Origin: Botryllus schlosseri
Taxonomy: Eukaryota
Direction of reading: 5' to 3'
DNA length: 64,000 nt
NCBI GenBank assembly: GCA_051294905.1
Contig: CM119371.1
Coordinates: forward strand, 14,076,001 to 14,140,000
The notes beneath the pieces were generated by a model, which was given only the letters and a program-made list of their open reading frames with translations, did not search any database and was not told the DNA's origin. Position numbers and translations under genes: made by a program. Each line of letters starts with the position of its first letter. The stretch's first letter is position 1. Below are positions 1 to 12,088 of this stretch, one piece after another.

Positions 1-331
1 ACCAAATCACAGATCATTCTCGTAACCACGAGAATGGCAAATGGTAACATGGATACATTTAAAACTTCGATTGGAATTAGATTACCGGCATTCCATTTTA
101 ATTCGTGTAATTGGATAACTGCAAATGTTTAACTCCAAGTCTGACGCGCGCTTCGTTTGTACGATATTTTGAATTAGCGTCGGGACATTACTAGGCCTGA
201 AATACTTTTTTACTTGTTGGGTAACCGCTATATCTTCTACTCTGTTATGAATTTGCAACGCTGCTCGCACTTATTCTCGAGTACCAACGATGACTATGAC
301 TACTGTTCTGTTACCAACTCAGCGATTATAA

Positions 332-600
332 GTGGCGAGATGGCGTAGTGGTATAATCCACGGCTACAACACCAACGGGTTTTGGGTTCGAGTCCGACTG
401 AGGTCGTCTCCAGAAGTCCTACCTAAGTGTTGGAGGTCTATCAAGGCTCCTCGCCATCTCAACCGTGTGTCTTATGAAAGCCTAGACGTGGGCCGTGCTA
501 CAAGTCGGCAGCTACGAAATAAGAGTAATAAGAAAATTGACCTCGTGTAAATGACCGTAGTAGTCGAGAACCACCATGAATACCACAAACAAACAACAAC
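332..600 (+). mobile_element. tRNA-derived SINE, full-length copy
   Basis: Pol III A-box TGGCGTAGTGG (about 340-351) and B-box GGTTCGAGTCC (385-395), unrelated body and CAAA/CAA-type tail. Homologous copies lie on the - strand at 15363-15635 and 56181-56360. Confidence 0.8.
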
Positions 601-662
601 TATGCTATTATGATATTTCTGTATTCGGCCAACAACATTTGAAACAACCCCGTGTTTTACAG

Positions 663-1213
663 ACGATCAATGCGCGTTTTGCGGCCGGTCATTCGAGGGT
701 ACTGACAAGGCTGGGCGCGACGAACACGTATCAAGACACGGCGCGAGATACAAGGCGCTAGCGGTGCCGCGTTTGCCCAAAAAGAAAAAGATGAAGCCCG
801 TACAAAAAGCCGGCAAACCCACGCACCTGCCTCACTCCAGCAACGAAAGCCATCAGGAGGTCGTCGAAACTCGGCAAAACGCGCAGGATTTACGTCTGTT
901 AGCGAGGCCTTCTTCGTTGTCTATGGGCCATCGGAAGCAAACAGCGAGAAAGTCGTTCACGATCAAGTCTACCTTACCAAAAAACGTGCTGATCAAAACG
1001 CTGGAATGCGAGATGAGATCGCCACCCATTCCGGGCAACGGCAAGAGCGGCGAGTCTGTTTCGGACAGAATTAAAAGAGAACAGCGCGACGCAGACCCGT
1101 TTCAAGGCGTGGGTTCTATCTTGAACGGGTGTTCGCCTTTGGCCGTCGGCGGAAGACGCACCATAACGGGTTTACCCGTGACCTACAATCATTTTCAACA
1201 GGATTATTTATGA
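663..1213 (+). CDS. Putative terminal exon: C2H2-like zinc finger, basic NLS and histone H3-tail-like KQTARKS motif
   Basis: Acceptor ttttacAG at 661-662. The frame reads DQCAFCGRSFEGTDKAGRDEHVSRH...PKKKKMK...GHRKQTARKS... and is continuous with ORF 764-1213; it ends at TGA 1211-1213. Confidence 0.5.
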
Positions 1214-1319
1214 CAAGACTTTTCGCGCTCGAGATAAGAGGGATAGATAGATACTTTTGTGGACCTCGTCTCAGTGTCTGTATTGCGACTATTTGAATTT
1301 TTCTAACGCCGAGCGCCTG

Positions 1320-2280
1320 GCGTGGCGCGAATGTGATCACTTTTTGTGAAGTATTTTTTGTAAATGATGACGTGACTTCAGAAATTCATTGTAACGCAAT
1401 TACTTCACGTGACGTGTTGATTTTTTTAAATGCGAGTGCGCTTTTCGTTCCATAGCCACGCCGCTGGGTGAGAATTTGGATATTTTCGTTTAAAGATAGT
1501 GTGACTTGTGAAATTCGTTGTGACACAGTGACGGAATGTGACGTCACAACGGTCGGGTCTAAGTATTTTAGATGTCGGTGCTACTTTCGCCCGCAGCTAT
1601 GGCACTGTCGTAGCTTGGATGAATGTTTACAGGGAAGCTTTTGAAAAGTCATTGTGATGCTGTGTACGAACATGACGTCACGATTGCCGAGTCTATAAGT
1701 TTCGAGATGCAAATGCGACTTTCGCTCAGTAGCCACCACTATTGAAGCTGTGATGAATATTAGGTCGCTGTGGAATCGAAAGTAGCTTGTGTCCGTGTTC
1801 AAAATTTGAGAAAGTCACGTTTTTGTAAAAAAAAAATCGGCAATATCTTGGCCAAAATTATGTTTGTCACGTTGTTCCAAAAATAACCATGGCCAAGACA
1901 CGGCCGAAACAGAATGAAAAGTATATAAAAACTTGATCCTCTCGAAATGTGTAAAATGGACACGAGCTACTCCGATCCCTCAGCGACGATTTGGAGTGGA
2001 TTTTTTTTGAGTCGAGTCCGGAAATTCATTGTGACGCGGCGACAGAATGTGACGTCACAATTGTCGAGTATATGATTCCGAGATGTGATTGCGAACGCCC
2101 GTCGCCATCGCTGTTGTAGCTTGAATGAAAATTTGGAGTGGATATTTTTTGAATAATGACGCGGCTTGAGAAATTCATTGGGAGGCGGTGAATAAATGTG
2201 TCTTCGCAATTCGCGATCGTCGTGTCTGAAATTTTTGAGACGCTATTGCGTGTTTCTCCCCGTAGCCACGCCAGTGTTCT
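1320..2280. repeat. Degenerate tandem repeats of about 130-150 bp with TGACGTCA palindromes
   Basis: A GAAATTCATTGTGACG-like core recurs at about 1381, 1510, 1645, 2021 and 2170. GTGACGTCAC occurs at about 1538 and 2049, and TGACGTCAC at about 1673. Confidence 0.55.
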
Positions 2281-2825
2281 CTGCCACGCTTCGGTATCAA
2301 GGCCACGCCGGATAGCGAACCACCATGTTTTGTATAGATACTTTTTGATGATGTTATTTCGTTACGTACGTAAGCTCGGCGCGCCTTGCTGTGCGGCCGC
2401 CACGATGTGCTTTGAACTTGTGCTTTTTCCGTATTTCGTAGCTTTTGAAACTTCTTGTTTACCGCGTGACTTCGCAAGACTTGTTGAATTTATAAGGCGG
2501 GTGTGGCTGATTCGTTTGTTTCCGAATACTGGAACGTCTCTAGAAGCCGGGTCTTGTTTCGTCGAGTGAGTGCGAGAATGCTGTTCGAGGTTATCGTCAG
2601 GGCTGAGGAAAATCGAGTGCCAGAGGGAGTATGAGGCGTCGAGGGAAGTTATCGAGTATCGTTCATTGCAGCGTCAGAGCAGCAGGGATGATGTGGAGAG
2701 TATAAATATGTAGCTTTTTATGCGACCATCTACAATATCGTGCCACTTTCACACACCATTAAAGGTGGGTTGCTTTTAAAACAAATGGTTGTTTAAAACA
2801 CTTTGGTTTAAAACATGTTTTAAAC

Positions 2826-4059
2826 CAGAGGTCTCGTACTCAAATGTTCTCGCGGGCTAAATTCCTGCTTTTAATGGCGCTACTGGCAACAGCGCCAATA
2901 ACATTCACTGTATTGCCAAGTAGGCCTCATTTAACGGGACCTTGCAGATGGGCATTCTACACCCATCCTGAAAATGTGATTAAGTATTGTGAATTCACGC
3001 CTGGCACGAAAAAAAATCACATTTTTAAATATTTGAATAAAATTGTCGTTGTGTTTGGCATATTTTGTCAAAATAATTAGGCTTAGACACCATGCGATCG
3101 TACGAATGCATCGCGACATCGTAAAAGCTGTCTCGTTATAATAGAATATTGTAGATATAAGACATTTGACGTGCCCATAGTTGAAATATTTTTGAATTTG
3201 ACTAAGATTGATCTGATATCACATTACTGGAGAAGTATAGCCTAATCCGGGGTCCAGGCGTACTCCTGATAACTAGGCTATCGATCACGCCATTACCAAA
3301 GTCAGATTTAATCAGCGTTAGATTTACCTTCCTATATTGGAACAATAACAACATGAATAAAATTATTAATCTACCATAGTAGTATCAGCTCAATCGCCGA
3401 AGAATCCATTGGTGTTAACGCTACTGGGGTACTCGCCAGTCGCCACCTTTAATTGACGATATTAAAATTTGTAAGGAGACCCAAGATGACGTAGGATGTA
3501 AATAACTATGCATCAAGTGGGCAACATAATGTCAATTGTTACCATTGCCATACCTACCTGCTTGGAAAGCTAAATAGATTATACGCAGCGAAAGCTACGC
3601 CCTTGATAGTTTGTTGCGACCGTGGTTGTACCAAGTCACGGCGTTCTGAGTCACAAGTCCTTCTCTGATTGTATCGTCTGACCCAACTCAAGTGGGGGGA
3701 CATATTGATTTTATCACTCATTCAGTCCGAGTTCGAGTAATTCTACGACTGGTCACGCTCAAGTCCAAATCATAGTTTCCAGTTACTAATCATCAACGGG
3801 TCATGTTGTACCATCATAGACAGGTAATGTGACGTAATAGTTGATCTTCCACCGCATGATAACTTTCGAAGATGATGTGATATTGAAGTTTGATGAGTAG
3901 TTTCTGGATTTTGAAGTGGTTTCAGAGCGAATTTTAAGTTGTCAAATCTGAAAGAAAGATATGTGGCTGTTATATATTGTCGAATAATTAATTCAAAATC
4001 CAAGATGCCATCGCGAACCGCACAAAATGATCTCGCGGGCCGCGTGTTTGAGACCCCTG
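2826..4059. mobile_element. Non-autonomous hAT (Buster/Charlie-type) element nested in an older TIR element (about 2766-4433)
   Basis: Ends cagaggtctc.../...gagacccctg, TSD ttttaaac/ctttaaac. The outer element has gggttgc(t/a)ttta(a/g)aacaaa inverted ends. Confidence 0.7.
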
Positions 4060-5858
4060 CTTTAAACAGTGTTTTGAACAAAAGGCCTTCTAAATTTTTT
4101 TGTTTTTTTCAAGTTGTAAAATTATGCCATAATTGTGTACATACTTTCCCAAAAAGATGTTGTATTAGCCTACGGACAATAACCACCAGATATAGCCAAC
4201 GTATGCTGATATGGTATGGTTGGTACCCCAAAATAGTCGGTTCAACAGCTACATAGTACAGATATTTCGTCAAAGGAGCTATATTTTTATTTGTCAATGT
4301 CAATCCACGTTGACGTCACTATTGAATATTCGTGATGTCATGGCTTAAAAAAACAATAAAAAACATGTTTTAAACAACTACCTTATTTTAAACATGTTTG
4401 TTTTAAATCGATTTTTGTTCTAAATGCAACCCTTTCGACCATATCTATTTCATTGCACTCTGTGACGACGCTGTGTGGCTGGTCAAGAGTTTACAGATAT
4501 GTCATTTCCTCTAAAATGTGTATGTGAAGCTTTGTACTACACGTCACAAGTGCTTTGAGTCGACCAATCGAGGTTTACAACCTTTCACACAGGAAATTAG
4601 TATCGAAACTATAATTCTCGCTAGTGAATTAACTCTTGGCGAGGAGCTTATAATTTCAGTACTTGAAAGAATCATCGCGCACTACTGTACTCGAATCGTT
4701 GTGTCCGACCCTAGTTGACGTATGGATTAAGGTTAGGGGATGATTAGGACCGGGGCTTGGTAAAATCTGCGACACTCAAGTTTGGACTAACGGGACATTG
4801 GCATTATGTATTTAGCTTCGTGTTGAGTATTCAAGCAGCGCAACTTATGAAGTCGTAACAGTGATAACGAGTTTGTACCTTCTATAGCGGCTACGAACGA
4901 GGACAATGATGCCGGCTGTCAGAGTATATACGAAGTAGGCCTAATGAAGTACCTATACTTTACCGGAGTACTCGAGCTTTCTGCCTACATGAACTACTTG
5001 CTCGAGTGGCCCTGTTTTAAGAATGCTTCTCATTGATATTTTTGAAAGGGAAACTACTTCTTACAATTTTAATTTTGAGAGGTAGCAAGGTTTTTTTATG
5101 TGTGAAATTCTCATAACTGGGCGACATTGCGCTTATTTTAGTATCATTAGTGATTTTACATATTCGATTTCGGAAGTAGAAACTAGGGATGGTGTGAACG
5201 TGAGGTCCACGTTCGAGTTCTGTGAGTGAACCTCGGAAAGTTAGAGGTTCACGTTCACAAACGAACCTTGGTATAGGTTCTGGACTATGAACCTTTTTCA
5301 TATATTGCAATTTTCACTTCATTATAACATCTTTGGTTGAAATTTATTGCATTTCAACTGCAGACCACTCTGTCCATGGCGCTGGCAGCATAACAAGTCA
5401 ATACTAAACGAGCATGCACCTTGACAATCTAAAAAAATTAACTTGATTTGTTGCAAAAGTTTGCTCTAAATATCCAGTTTCCGCTTGTGAATATTTAGTG
5501 ACACTGCTGTGAGCTTCACCCGCAATCACACAACACCAAGAGCGCATTGCATTACATGACGGTAGTCAGCGAATGATGGTTATTCAACCTATCAATGACA
5601 TTGATATCGGTGTCTGATGTAAAAAATCTGGTATCTGTAGTTACATCTTGACTTCATATGTTTATTGTATCATAAAAACCAAATCCGTGTGATTGGGGTG
5701 TTGGCTACTGCTGTATATCTATTATCTTGTTAATGGGGTAATATCGGTAGCAAGTATAGAAACCTGTTTTACACTCTGCTCAATATCACTGTAGCAATAC
5801 TCAGTCGCCGTCTTCGTTGCCCGTTATGGCTTGGATCGTTATGGCGTAAGCTCATATT

Positions 5859-7199
5859 CAGGCCGTGTTATTTTTGGCATATGCCAAAACTGCCAAAAAT
5901 AACTTATTTTTGGCATTTTTCGATTTTTATTTTTGGCAGTTTTGGCATCGTCCTCTAAATAGATAGTTTCAGCCTTGAATTAGTCACAAAAACGCTTTAT
6001 TTGGGCTAGTTTGTCAAAAGACACCACAAAATGTGCAGCATCCACGTATAATCAGTGCCAACAAACAATTAGAAGAAGAAAAAGCCTAACGATTTCATAG
6101 GTTAATAAGATCAAACGAAACCACAAAATGTGCAGTATCCATCATAATCGGTGCCAATAAGCAAAAAAAGAAAAGCCTAACAAACACGCTCAACAGCTGA
6201 TTGTTTGTTACAGCTGTTGAATAGACTTAAATCGTTTGCACTGTAACAGTGCTTCCCAACTCAGGTCCGCTAAGTTTCTCCTAAATTCATTTCTCCCCCA
6301 GCGAATCTGGGAAATATCGGCTTCAACAGTAGCCGTTGGGGGAAAGAATGTTGCCAGTCATCCAAAAAAGGTTTTCAGAGCTTCAAAATCTTTGGAGGAC
6401 CGAACCGGCTTCCATACATCATGAAAAGAGATCACTTGGCCAGTGCCATCGATCTCATCGCGGAAAGAATTTTCTTCACGATCTTTTTCCAGGAGTTTCC
6501 TGTGTTGTCTCTCAACACATTCTATTTAGTAGCCCGACTATCATTTCTCCTTCAGTCTACCGACTTTTGTCACTTCAGGTGGCTTTAATATTACCAACTC
6601 TCATGGAAGAGTCCTCGGAAGGTTAGCTATTGCTTAAGAACATTGACGCAACAAGATTGTCTGGCAAAACGAGACTATGCGGCTCAGAAAAGCCAGACAG
6701 TTCGTTGCGTCACAATGTTGAACTCGATCACAATGCAAAAATCGTAGTTGATTTTGGGGTTCCAGTTCCACGAGCAGAATATAATTTATATTTTAATAAT
6801 CAGTACTGCGGCAGCTTCTCATTGATACCCATTTATCAAATTTAGCGCTCGACAAGCCGGTCAAAAATGGTCGTAAAATTGCCTTTGGACAAATGCAAAG
6901 TATGACGTAAACCAAATGCAGTAAGCCGTTCAATCTCGCTGTGCCCACACCATTTAGGACACCATGCTTTCACCACTAATGGGTGGGCTGGACCAAGATT
7001 AAGAAACCTGCCTTTCGCAAACGCTCTTCTCGCTTGTAAAGCGGTCCTGTTAACACAACACCGTGAACGAGATACACTATTTTGCAGGCCGTGTTATTTT
7101 TGGCATATGCCAAAAATTGCTTAATTTTGGCATTTTCAAATTTTTATTTTTGGCAGTTTTGGCATCTGGCTCCTGAAATGCCAAAAATAACACGGCCTG
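5859..7199. mobile_element. hAT element with decayed transposase C-terminus (- strand, about 6230-6620) and duplicated left end
   Basis: TIR caggccgtgttatttttggca, perfect TSD CTCATATT. The minus strand reads LATFFPPTATVEADISQIRWGRNEFRRNLADLSWEALLQCKRF. A second left end starts at 7085. Confidence 0.85.
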
Positions 7200-7256
7200 C
7201 TCATATTCCATTGCAAGTAATACTCGTCGACATTGTTTGCAGAGAGTGATTTTATG

Positions 7257-7660
7257 TAGGCTTACCATACGTCCTCTTTTAAGAGGATTTGTCCTCTTTT
7301 TTGACTTTTTTGAAAGTGTCCTCGGAGGACGCCCTTTTGTCCTCTTTTTTGAGATTTTGTCCTCTTTTTTGAAAATTTAGGCAGATTTAGAGCAAATTGC
7401 GAGTGATATGCCGTATATTAGCACAGAAGTGAAGCTCCGGCGGGTATTTCGGAGTGAAAAACGGTGATTTTAGCTCTGAGCGAAAAGATGACCTTTTTTT
7501 TTTTTTTTAGTCATCCACCTGCCAATGTGGAGTAAAAAACGTTATTTTAAGCTCTGAGCAGAAGTGATGACCGGATTTTGAGAATTTTTCTCCGGTTTTG
7601 CAAGTTGCAAATTTCTGAAAAAGTGTCCTCTTTTTTGATTTCTAAAATATGGTAAGCCTA
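7257..7660. mobile_element. MITE of the tagggttaccata family
   Basis: TIR taggcttacc/ggtaagccta, flanking ttttatg duplication and GTCCTC subterminal motifs. Relatives lie at about 19500-19897, 48871-49353 (TSD gtttatgt/gttcatgt) and 60158-60420. Confidence 0.8.
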
Positions 7661-7802
7661 TTTTATGGGATTATTATATCATTTGATTGGCCCAGTCCAT
7701 ACATTCGGTGACGTTTAAAATGTAAATATGTAGCGCCTACTTCAGCCTTGTGGCATTATGCGACCCGAGTCATCGCTAGGTATCGTGTACATTACTATAG
7801 GC

Positions 7803-8590
7803 CAGTGGTTCCCAACCTTTTTCTTCCCACGTACCATTTCGAGGTTTCACGCAGTGCTCGCGTACCACCTACATAAGTTACGCGCGCCGGAAGCGGTCAA
7901 AACATGTTTCCGCCGTGTTGAGCTGCCGAAGGCAGCAAAACAGAAGATAAACTGCCCCTTTTAAGGCGCACTATATGATTTCTGTAGTGGATCCATTTGG
8001 GATTCTTGTGGTCAAATATATTAAAACGGTGTTTGGTTAGGTAAGAATCGGAATGCTTTTACATCTAGATCTCTTCCTCGTAGGCCAGTGGCTCTTAAAC
8101 TTTTTTAAACACGCCCCCTTTTTTATAGTGAAATATTTCACGCCCCCTTATCGTGATATCACAAAATAGTAAAGAGATAAATCATGCCATCCCAACGGAT
8201 AGTTTGATGGCAATAAAGGTTAAAGCTATGGACGAGAGAATTCTCAAATATGAAATTCGAACAATATACAGAATAAAACTATGAGCCGTATCTAATTTGC
8301 GCGGAGCGCAAAAATTTTTTGGTTAACTGGGACTTCGCGCACCTATTCAGTAGCTTTCACCCCCTCCCCCAGATTGAGAACCACTGCCGTAGGCCGTCGT
8401 TGGTGGGATAGACACTATACCAACGATGACGACCACCTTACCACGACGACGACGGCTTCAAAAAACTCAAAATCAACCCCACCTGAACTACTACCTCCCT
8501 TCGGTCGAAAAAAAAGAATCTACTCGCGTACCACCTGGAAGACCTTCGCGTACCACTAGTGGTACGCGTACCACAGGTTGGGAACCACTG
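7803..8590. mobile_element. Buster-type hAT MITE containing a second MITE (8086-8386)
   Basis: TIR cagtggttcccaacc, perfect TSD CTATAGGC; inner element TSD tcgtaggc/ccgtaggc. Confidence 0.9.
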
Positions 8591-9621
8591 CTATAGGCTA
8601 TCACTTCACTGAAATGTAGGGTTGGAATTAGCAAAATGACGTCACGTGACGTCATGAGGATCACGTTCGCGTTCACACAGAACCTTTCAAAAAGGTTCGC
8701 GTTCACACGAACCTGGACGTTTCAGAGGTTCACACCATCCCTAGTAGAAACCTCTGATTAACTGCGACAAGTATGCGACCCCGGGAACAACCCTACTTTT
8801 CGAAAATACTTGACTAGACTAGGGATATCTAGGATTTCAGAATAGATATCCCCGTTGAAGCAGTATTGACACGTCTTGGAAATTTCTAGTCGAAATTTTC
8901 GGCATTACTTCAACTTGAATTGAAACGCTGACTATATCGACCGCATCTGCTCGTGAATTGCTCGCGTAATGTGGAGATGGCAATCATTTGCATATACGGG
9001 ACAATCATTTGCATATACGGGACATGTGAAGTACGCGTGATGCGTCGTTCCCTTTTGATTCGATATTCGAAATACCTGATTAGAAATGCCTGATGTGAAT
9101 CGTATGAAAACAGCAATGATTCGTGTTGATTTCCAATCTGATTCGCATTGCCCATCGCTAGTTATAGGTGTGTTAACGAAAATATTATTCATCCCGAGGG
9201 CTAAGTAGCCTACACTTTGTACGCAACAGTCGGTATTTGAAACTTGTGTGGTATTCAATGCTCAAACTTATCGTGATCTCGGTATTGCCACGGGCGTAGG
9301 CAGAATGTTCTTTTGTTTGTTGATATATTTCTGACTTCAAGACATCGCTATGACCGACAAAATTATATTTACTCAGTGTGGCAGTAAGATGCCACTGGGA
9401 GTTTCGGAAGTAGCCTGTACGTCTCTGATGTGCTACTAAAAGTATGAGACCAAGGTATCTTTTTGGAAGTACCAAAGTTATTTTCAGGCCTTCTGTTTTC
9501 ACTTTCATTCATTTGTGTATCAATCCAGAACACGTTGACCACGTCTGACTTTTTCAAGGCCCGTTTTGAAGTTTAATGTCCGGAATCGGGATAAAATGTC
9601 ATTGCTTTGTTTTGCGTTAAG

Positions 9622-9787
9622 GATCAAGTGGACACGGCGGGACCTTTATCCCTATGCCTCGCCGAATTCGAATCGTGGATAGCCAGTAGGATGGCCGAAC
9701 TCGGGGCGGAGTGTTACGATCATAGCAACTACCGGCATCGGATGTTTTTACACGACAAAAAACTGGCCGCGTTTGTCACTTGGTCTG
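9622..9787 (+). CDS. ERI2: ERI2-type DEDDh 3'-5' exoribonuclease, internal exon
   Basis: AG|DQVDTAGPLSLCLAEFESWI...KLAAFVTWS G|GTAAG matches the ERI2/Snipper QVD..PL..CL..F..W and AFVTWSDWD motifs. Confidence 0.9.
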
Positions 9788-10065
9788 GTAAGTTTCCATG
9801 TCGTGTGTGTCGCGGCTATGACCTGCTAGTCTGGTTTTATTTGGCCAGACGAATTGTGTTCAGAATATGACAGAAGACATTTCAAGTTAACGCATATCCG
9901 TCGAACTTATATGCTTGCTTTTGAACGAAAGATTTAATAGCATTGCGCGTGTATGTAACTGATGCAAATTGTAGCACTGCGAATTTATGTTATGTAATAT
10001 CGAAAATACGTTTCACTCACGGACACGGTGGTTATCTGATACAAAAGGACGTATCTATTGTGGTG

Positions 10066-12088
10066 TAGGGTTACCATATTTTTGTGGGACACATTCCGGA
10101 CGCTCTTTAGCGCCCACTGACGGATTTCAAAATGAGGTATTAGCACATTGTCGATCAATATGGCGTCACACCAGCAAAGCTATCGACTAGAAGTGGTCAC
10201 GATCCGGTTCAGGAGTATGTGGATTATGGTTGCGTGTTGTAAGACGTGACCAGGGCCGAAGCCACATTTTCAGCCACCTCCCGCCCAAATACACACCGAT
10301 CTTGGACACACCGTACGGTAATCGATGCAACTTCTGGGGGCTTACTATGTACATCTGATTTCTATATGCATCTGGACGTTAAATAATTAGAATGAATTCT
10401 GTCAATAATACTGGTTATTCCATATACTACTGTACAGTTTGATCCTCTCGCCGCCCACATGATCAGAGATAGCGGTAGAGCTGGTGGAGGATGATGACTT
10501 CAAAAATGCAGGAAGCGTAATTGTTAGGGCCATTTTTATATGACCGTAAAAATTCAATTATATGACTTTATTTTATGGAAAATATGACTTTATATGACTT
10601 TATGTGAAAATAGTGTATTTTTACATGTAACCAACGTCACTCATGGAACTGACGAGTAAAACATACACAACATAACAGTAATAGGTACGCATCCATTTTA
10701 ATTTTAAACCACTGTTGTAGTACAGTTTCATGTAGTGTTAGTTTGAGTCTTTGAAGTGACAATTTGGACGTAAAAATGACTTTAGTAAGGAAAATGAGCG
10801 CTCCACAGACGCTGATGTGGGTTGACACTTCCGCAGTTTTGCATTCAGCGCTGGTGAAATGTTTTGCCTTTGTAGCTCCATAATTTGTTCCACATCGTTT
10901 TTGTCCAATCGCTTCTTAATGTAATTTTGAGCTCAAGCGGATCTTTTCTGAAATCAAGGGCATTTAGATCAGCATTAGCCTCTCTGATGGTGCACGTACA
11001 ACTTTCCATTTTCCGTATCAAGTTTGAAATATTGTTGTAGTGGAGGCATATTTCGGTGATCGATTCTTCAATTATTTATTATAGTGGTGCCCACCGTACA
11101 TACTATTTTATTCGAATCCAAATGTATTTGTATATAAGTAGACCAAGGTAGAGCTTTTTAGCCGGCCTACCCACTGACTGAACTTCAAATGACGTCCTAC
11201 TTTAGTGCACAGAAGTAAAACAGATTGTGTAGCAACACAATGCAATGTGTGACCTCATAGGTCTGTGACTGTAGTGTTATGTAGGCTAACTTCAAAGCTT
11301 GCCTTCGTTCAATCAGAAATTGCCTTACTTTCTTGGTGCTTAATTGCTTCACCGCTTAAATTGGCACTTTTTATTTAAAGCATATAACAATATGACTTCA
11401 TAACTCAAATATGACCTAACCAGGAAAATATGACTTTATATGACTTTATAACTTTCTTAATATACCCCATAGGGACGTGGTTTTCGCGTTAAAATTGATT
11501 TCACGACTTACTGATGCATAGAAAAAATATGACTTTAATGACTTTAAATGGCCCTAGTAATTGTACATCGTTAAGTCATATCCATGTCACACCAATAAGA
11601 TTATTTATCAGCCTAATGCCGGTGCGCACTTAACACCACTGAGCTATGAAAACATCTTCGCGAACCCTAGAATAAATGCAAACTAACCCCAGGTTAGAAC
11701 CACTATCTCTGAATAATGTATCTAAACGGCCTAGGTCAACTCTAGGAATATAACATTCTCCCATAATTGCGATTACAATTAGACTTATTTCTGTAAATGA
11801 ATCTTATTTTTATTTATTTTTCATCGCAGTTTTTGCGAGGGTGGTAGTAGCCATATTGAAATCATTATATGTGATACTACATCGCGCGCAGCGTGAAGAA
11901 AAATTTCATGTGGTATAGATCTGGCCGAAATAATGTTGTTTATGTTGACTTGCGAAAAAAATTATGAGCTTACTTCAAGCCTTCAAAATTCCGGACATTT
12001 AGGCACATTTTAGAAATTCCTACCGGACGCAGTTTTAACAGTGAAAGTGCGGACATGTCCGGGAAATTCCGGACGTATGGCAACCCTA
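10066..12088. mobile_element. Non-autonomous TIR element (tagggttaccata/tatggcaacccta) in an ERI2 intron
   Basis: Inverted ends with CCGGAC subterminal motifs. Its right end recurs at about 58700-59080 and 61278-61730. No clear TSD. Confidence 0.65.
10525..11556 (-). mobile_element. hAT element with CGGBP1-like transposase remnant
   Basis: TIR tagggccattt, perfect TSD GTAATTGT. The minus strand at about 10720-10930 reads ISPALNAKLRKCQPTSASVERSFSLL. Confidence 0.85.

Larger units (their letters stand above)
5184..8743. mobile_element. Non-autonomous hAT element carrying four nested insertions
   Basis: TIR tagggatggtgtgaac/gttcacaccatcccta with perfect 8-bp TSD GTAGAAAC. One end of the same family recurs at 53879-54020. 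Confidence 0.9.

Noticed and set aside
332..405. Possible tRNA gene
   Set aside because: There is no clean acceptor stem or T-run terminator, and the sequence continues into a body shared with other SINE copies.
4551..4599. CFESTNRGLQPFTQEI resembling the ERI2 DFEST...QEI first catalytic motif
   Set aside because: The catalytic Asp is absent and I found no following EFPAV...LTGI exon. The 5' ERI2 exons probably lie outside the window or were not recognised.
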